64,000 bases of DNA from Octopus sinensis (Eukaryota). The stretch spans positions 33,790,001-33,854,000 of the forward strand of contig NC_043017.1 in assembly GCF_006345805.1 (NCBI RefSeq). Reading direction: 5' to 3'. Below are positions 62,100 to 64,000 of this stretch, in pieces (the first letter of the stretch is position 1; each line of letters starts with the position of its first letter). The notes under the pieces were generated by a model. That model searched no databases and was not told where the DNA came from. It saw only the letters and a program-made list of their open reading frames with translations. The translations under genes and the position numbers were made by a program.

Positions 62100-63744
62100 C
62101 TTACAGCAGGGTATTTGGGGTACATTCTGTACAGGACCACTGACAGCGACGAAGCACTGTGTACCCTGGAAGACAGCACTCTGCATCAGATCTGACCAGA
62201 AAAGCTGATGAGTCAAGGGCTGCATGAAAATCAAGATCGCCACTGGATCTTGACTCGGCTATTACATGCCCCTATTTTAGACGGCGATTTTATGCAAAAT
62301 TGGATTCATACACCACCCCATGGCCTACAAACCTGGTCATCTTCACAGATAGGAAGGGCGAACCTAACAAGTGTATATATATATGCTTCGTTTAGCTTTT
62401 TTGCAGAGAAGCATCTTTCAGGCGATTCTTCTTCTTCTTCTTCTTCTTCTTCTTCTTCTTCTTCTTCTTCTTCTTCTTCTTCTTCTTTTTCTTCTTCTTC
62501 TTCTTTTTCTTCTTCTTTTTCTTCTACTTCTTCTTTTTCTTCTTCTTCTTCTTTTCCTTCTTCTTCTTCTTGTGATTTCATCATCGTCAGCATAAAGAAC
62601 TTCTCTAACATCCTCAGGGGAAATTTCAAAGTCCTGTTCCTTTGCAATGTTTATGATCGTGTCAGTTCCTTTTTGAAGACCTTCATGAAGATTATCAAAT
62701 CCTTCAAAAATTGTCAATTTAATTTCAGGCAGAGATTTTCCCAAATTCCTTTCATGTTCTTTACGGCAATTTTATCCCATGCTTTCTTTATCAATTTTAT
62801 TGCATCAAGGATGTTGAAACTCTTCCAAAATTCTTGAATCGTAGGACCATTTTCTTTATCAGTCACTCTGATAATTCTTTGAAAGGTGAAATGAAGACAG
62901 TAAGATTTGAACGATGAAGTGGCTCCTTGATCCATAACTGTAATAAAGATGTTGCTTTAGGAGGTAAAAAAGCAGCATTAATATTTTGATGGTGGTGCTT
63001 TAAAAATGCAGCATTACTGGGGGGGAAGGGCATTATCCATTACCAAAAGAATCTTGAAAGGAATTTACTACTTCGGGGGAAAAGTGATTAGGAAACAAAT
63101 CCTCAAATAGAGTTTCTGTCACCCAAGCTTTTTGTTATGCTTCCAGATTACAGGAAGTTTTGTCTTATTATTACTTTTAAAGCAGGGGATTTTCAGATTG
63201 ATAATTAAGCTTGGGCTTACGCTTTCAGTTTCCTCCACAATTTTTTTCCCAGAGATGTTATACTGTCTTTTGCAGCTTTGAATCTTGGCATTGAAGATTC
63301 TTCTCTCGCAATAAAAGTCCTGGAAGGCATTCGTTTCCAAATAGGCCCGTCTCATCCCCATTAAATATTTGAGACGGTATAACGCCGTCTTCTTCGAGAA
63401 AATCTTCTAATTGGTAAGGATAAGTTTCTGCAGCTTTTTGATCAACGCTAGACGATTCTCCTTGGATCTTCGCAGTGTGTAGATTTTTTTTTTTTTTAAA
63501 TGATCAAAGCCAACAATATTTGCAACAAATGTTTCATTTGCTCCATTGTTTTATTTATCCTTAAACGAGTTTAAAAAAAGCAATTTGCTGGAAATTTTAG
63601 CCTAACTAGATGGCAGATGAAGTCTATGAATTCGATCGTTAATCCAAGCTGTAAAACGTTTTCTGTGCGTGAAATGAGCCAAAAATCATAGTGGTTTCGC
63701 GTCATTATCATTGAGACCACTCAATTTGGAGGGCCCCAGTACTG
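62100..63744 (-). mobile_element. Decayed Tigger/pogo (DDE_1) DNA transposon with internal deletion and a (TTC)n expansion at 62425-62590
   Basis: Minus strand: QGESSSVDQKAAETYP...SQIFNGDETGL, KLPVIWKHNKK, LLVMDNA, MDQGATSSFKSY...EFWKSFNILDAIKLIKKAWDKI. Right end TA|CAGTACTGGGG at 63744-63746. Left end uncertain. Confidence 0.9.
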
Positions 63745-64000
63745 TATTAACTACTACGGCGAATACAACAGACAAAGAATTATGCACATATAACAGCACG
63801 AAGTCTTATGACTATATGGACCATGATAAAAAAAATAATAATTATAGTTATACCACAAATACAAACAGGAGCTTGCAGCCACGAACAGATTTAGTGGGTT
63901 GCACAAGGTGAAATGGAGTAATTCCTAAGGTCTATATATATTATATATCTATATCTATCGATCTCTATATATATATATATTATATATATATATATATATA

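Noticed and set aside
62306-62647. Glu-rich ORF within the Tigger remnant as a domesticated gene
   Set aside because: The transposase has frameshifts, stops and lacks its N-terminal DNA-binding region; the acidic run is a (TTC)n expansion.

Overview
AT-rich, repeat-saturated eukaryotic DNA with one 100-N scaffold gap (17407-17506). It is most likely an octopus/coleoid cephalopod intergenic or intronic region; this is inferred from the SINE families and microsatellite load, not proven. No host protein-coding gene can be supported, and almost all ORFs in the supplied track are translations of microsatellites. Recognisable content: (i) one near-full-length R4/Dong-type REL non-LTR retrotransposon (about 25.6-29.5 kb), a second 3' copy, and fragments of two other REL families; (ii) Penelope-like element (PLE) remnants (RT thumb, GIY-YIG); (iii) CR1/L2-group and RTE LINE 3' ends; (iv) a decayed Tigger/pogo transposon; (v) a MITE with an 8-bp TSD and internal (TAACCC)n, and a Helitron/HINE-like element; (vi) four tRNA-type SINE families; (vii) many foldback inverted repeats. 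The most interesting signal is at least seven distinct families of minimal type-I hammerhead ribozyme motifs (about 13 copies). All have palindromic or near-palindromic stem III, and several carry family-specific core variants (U3-A8 covariation, U4C, A6U). Most lie in short, mainly non-coding elements with inverted ends that abut (TA)n tracts, some with a hammerhead on each strand. The ribozyme folds were read by eye and activity is untested.
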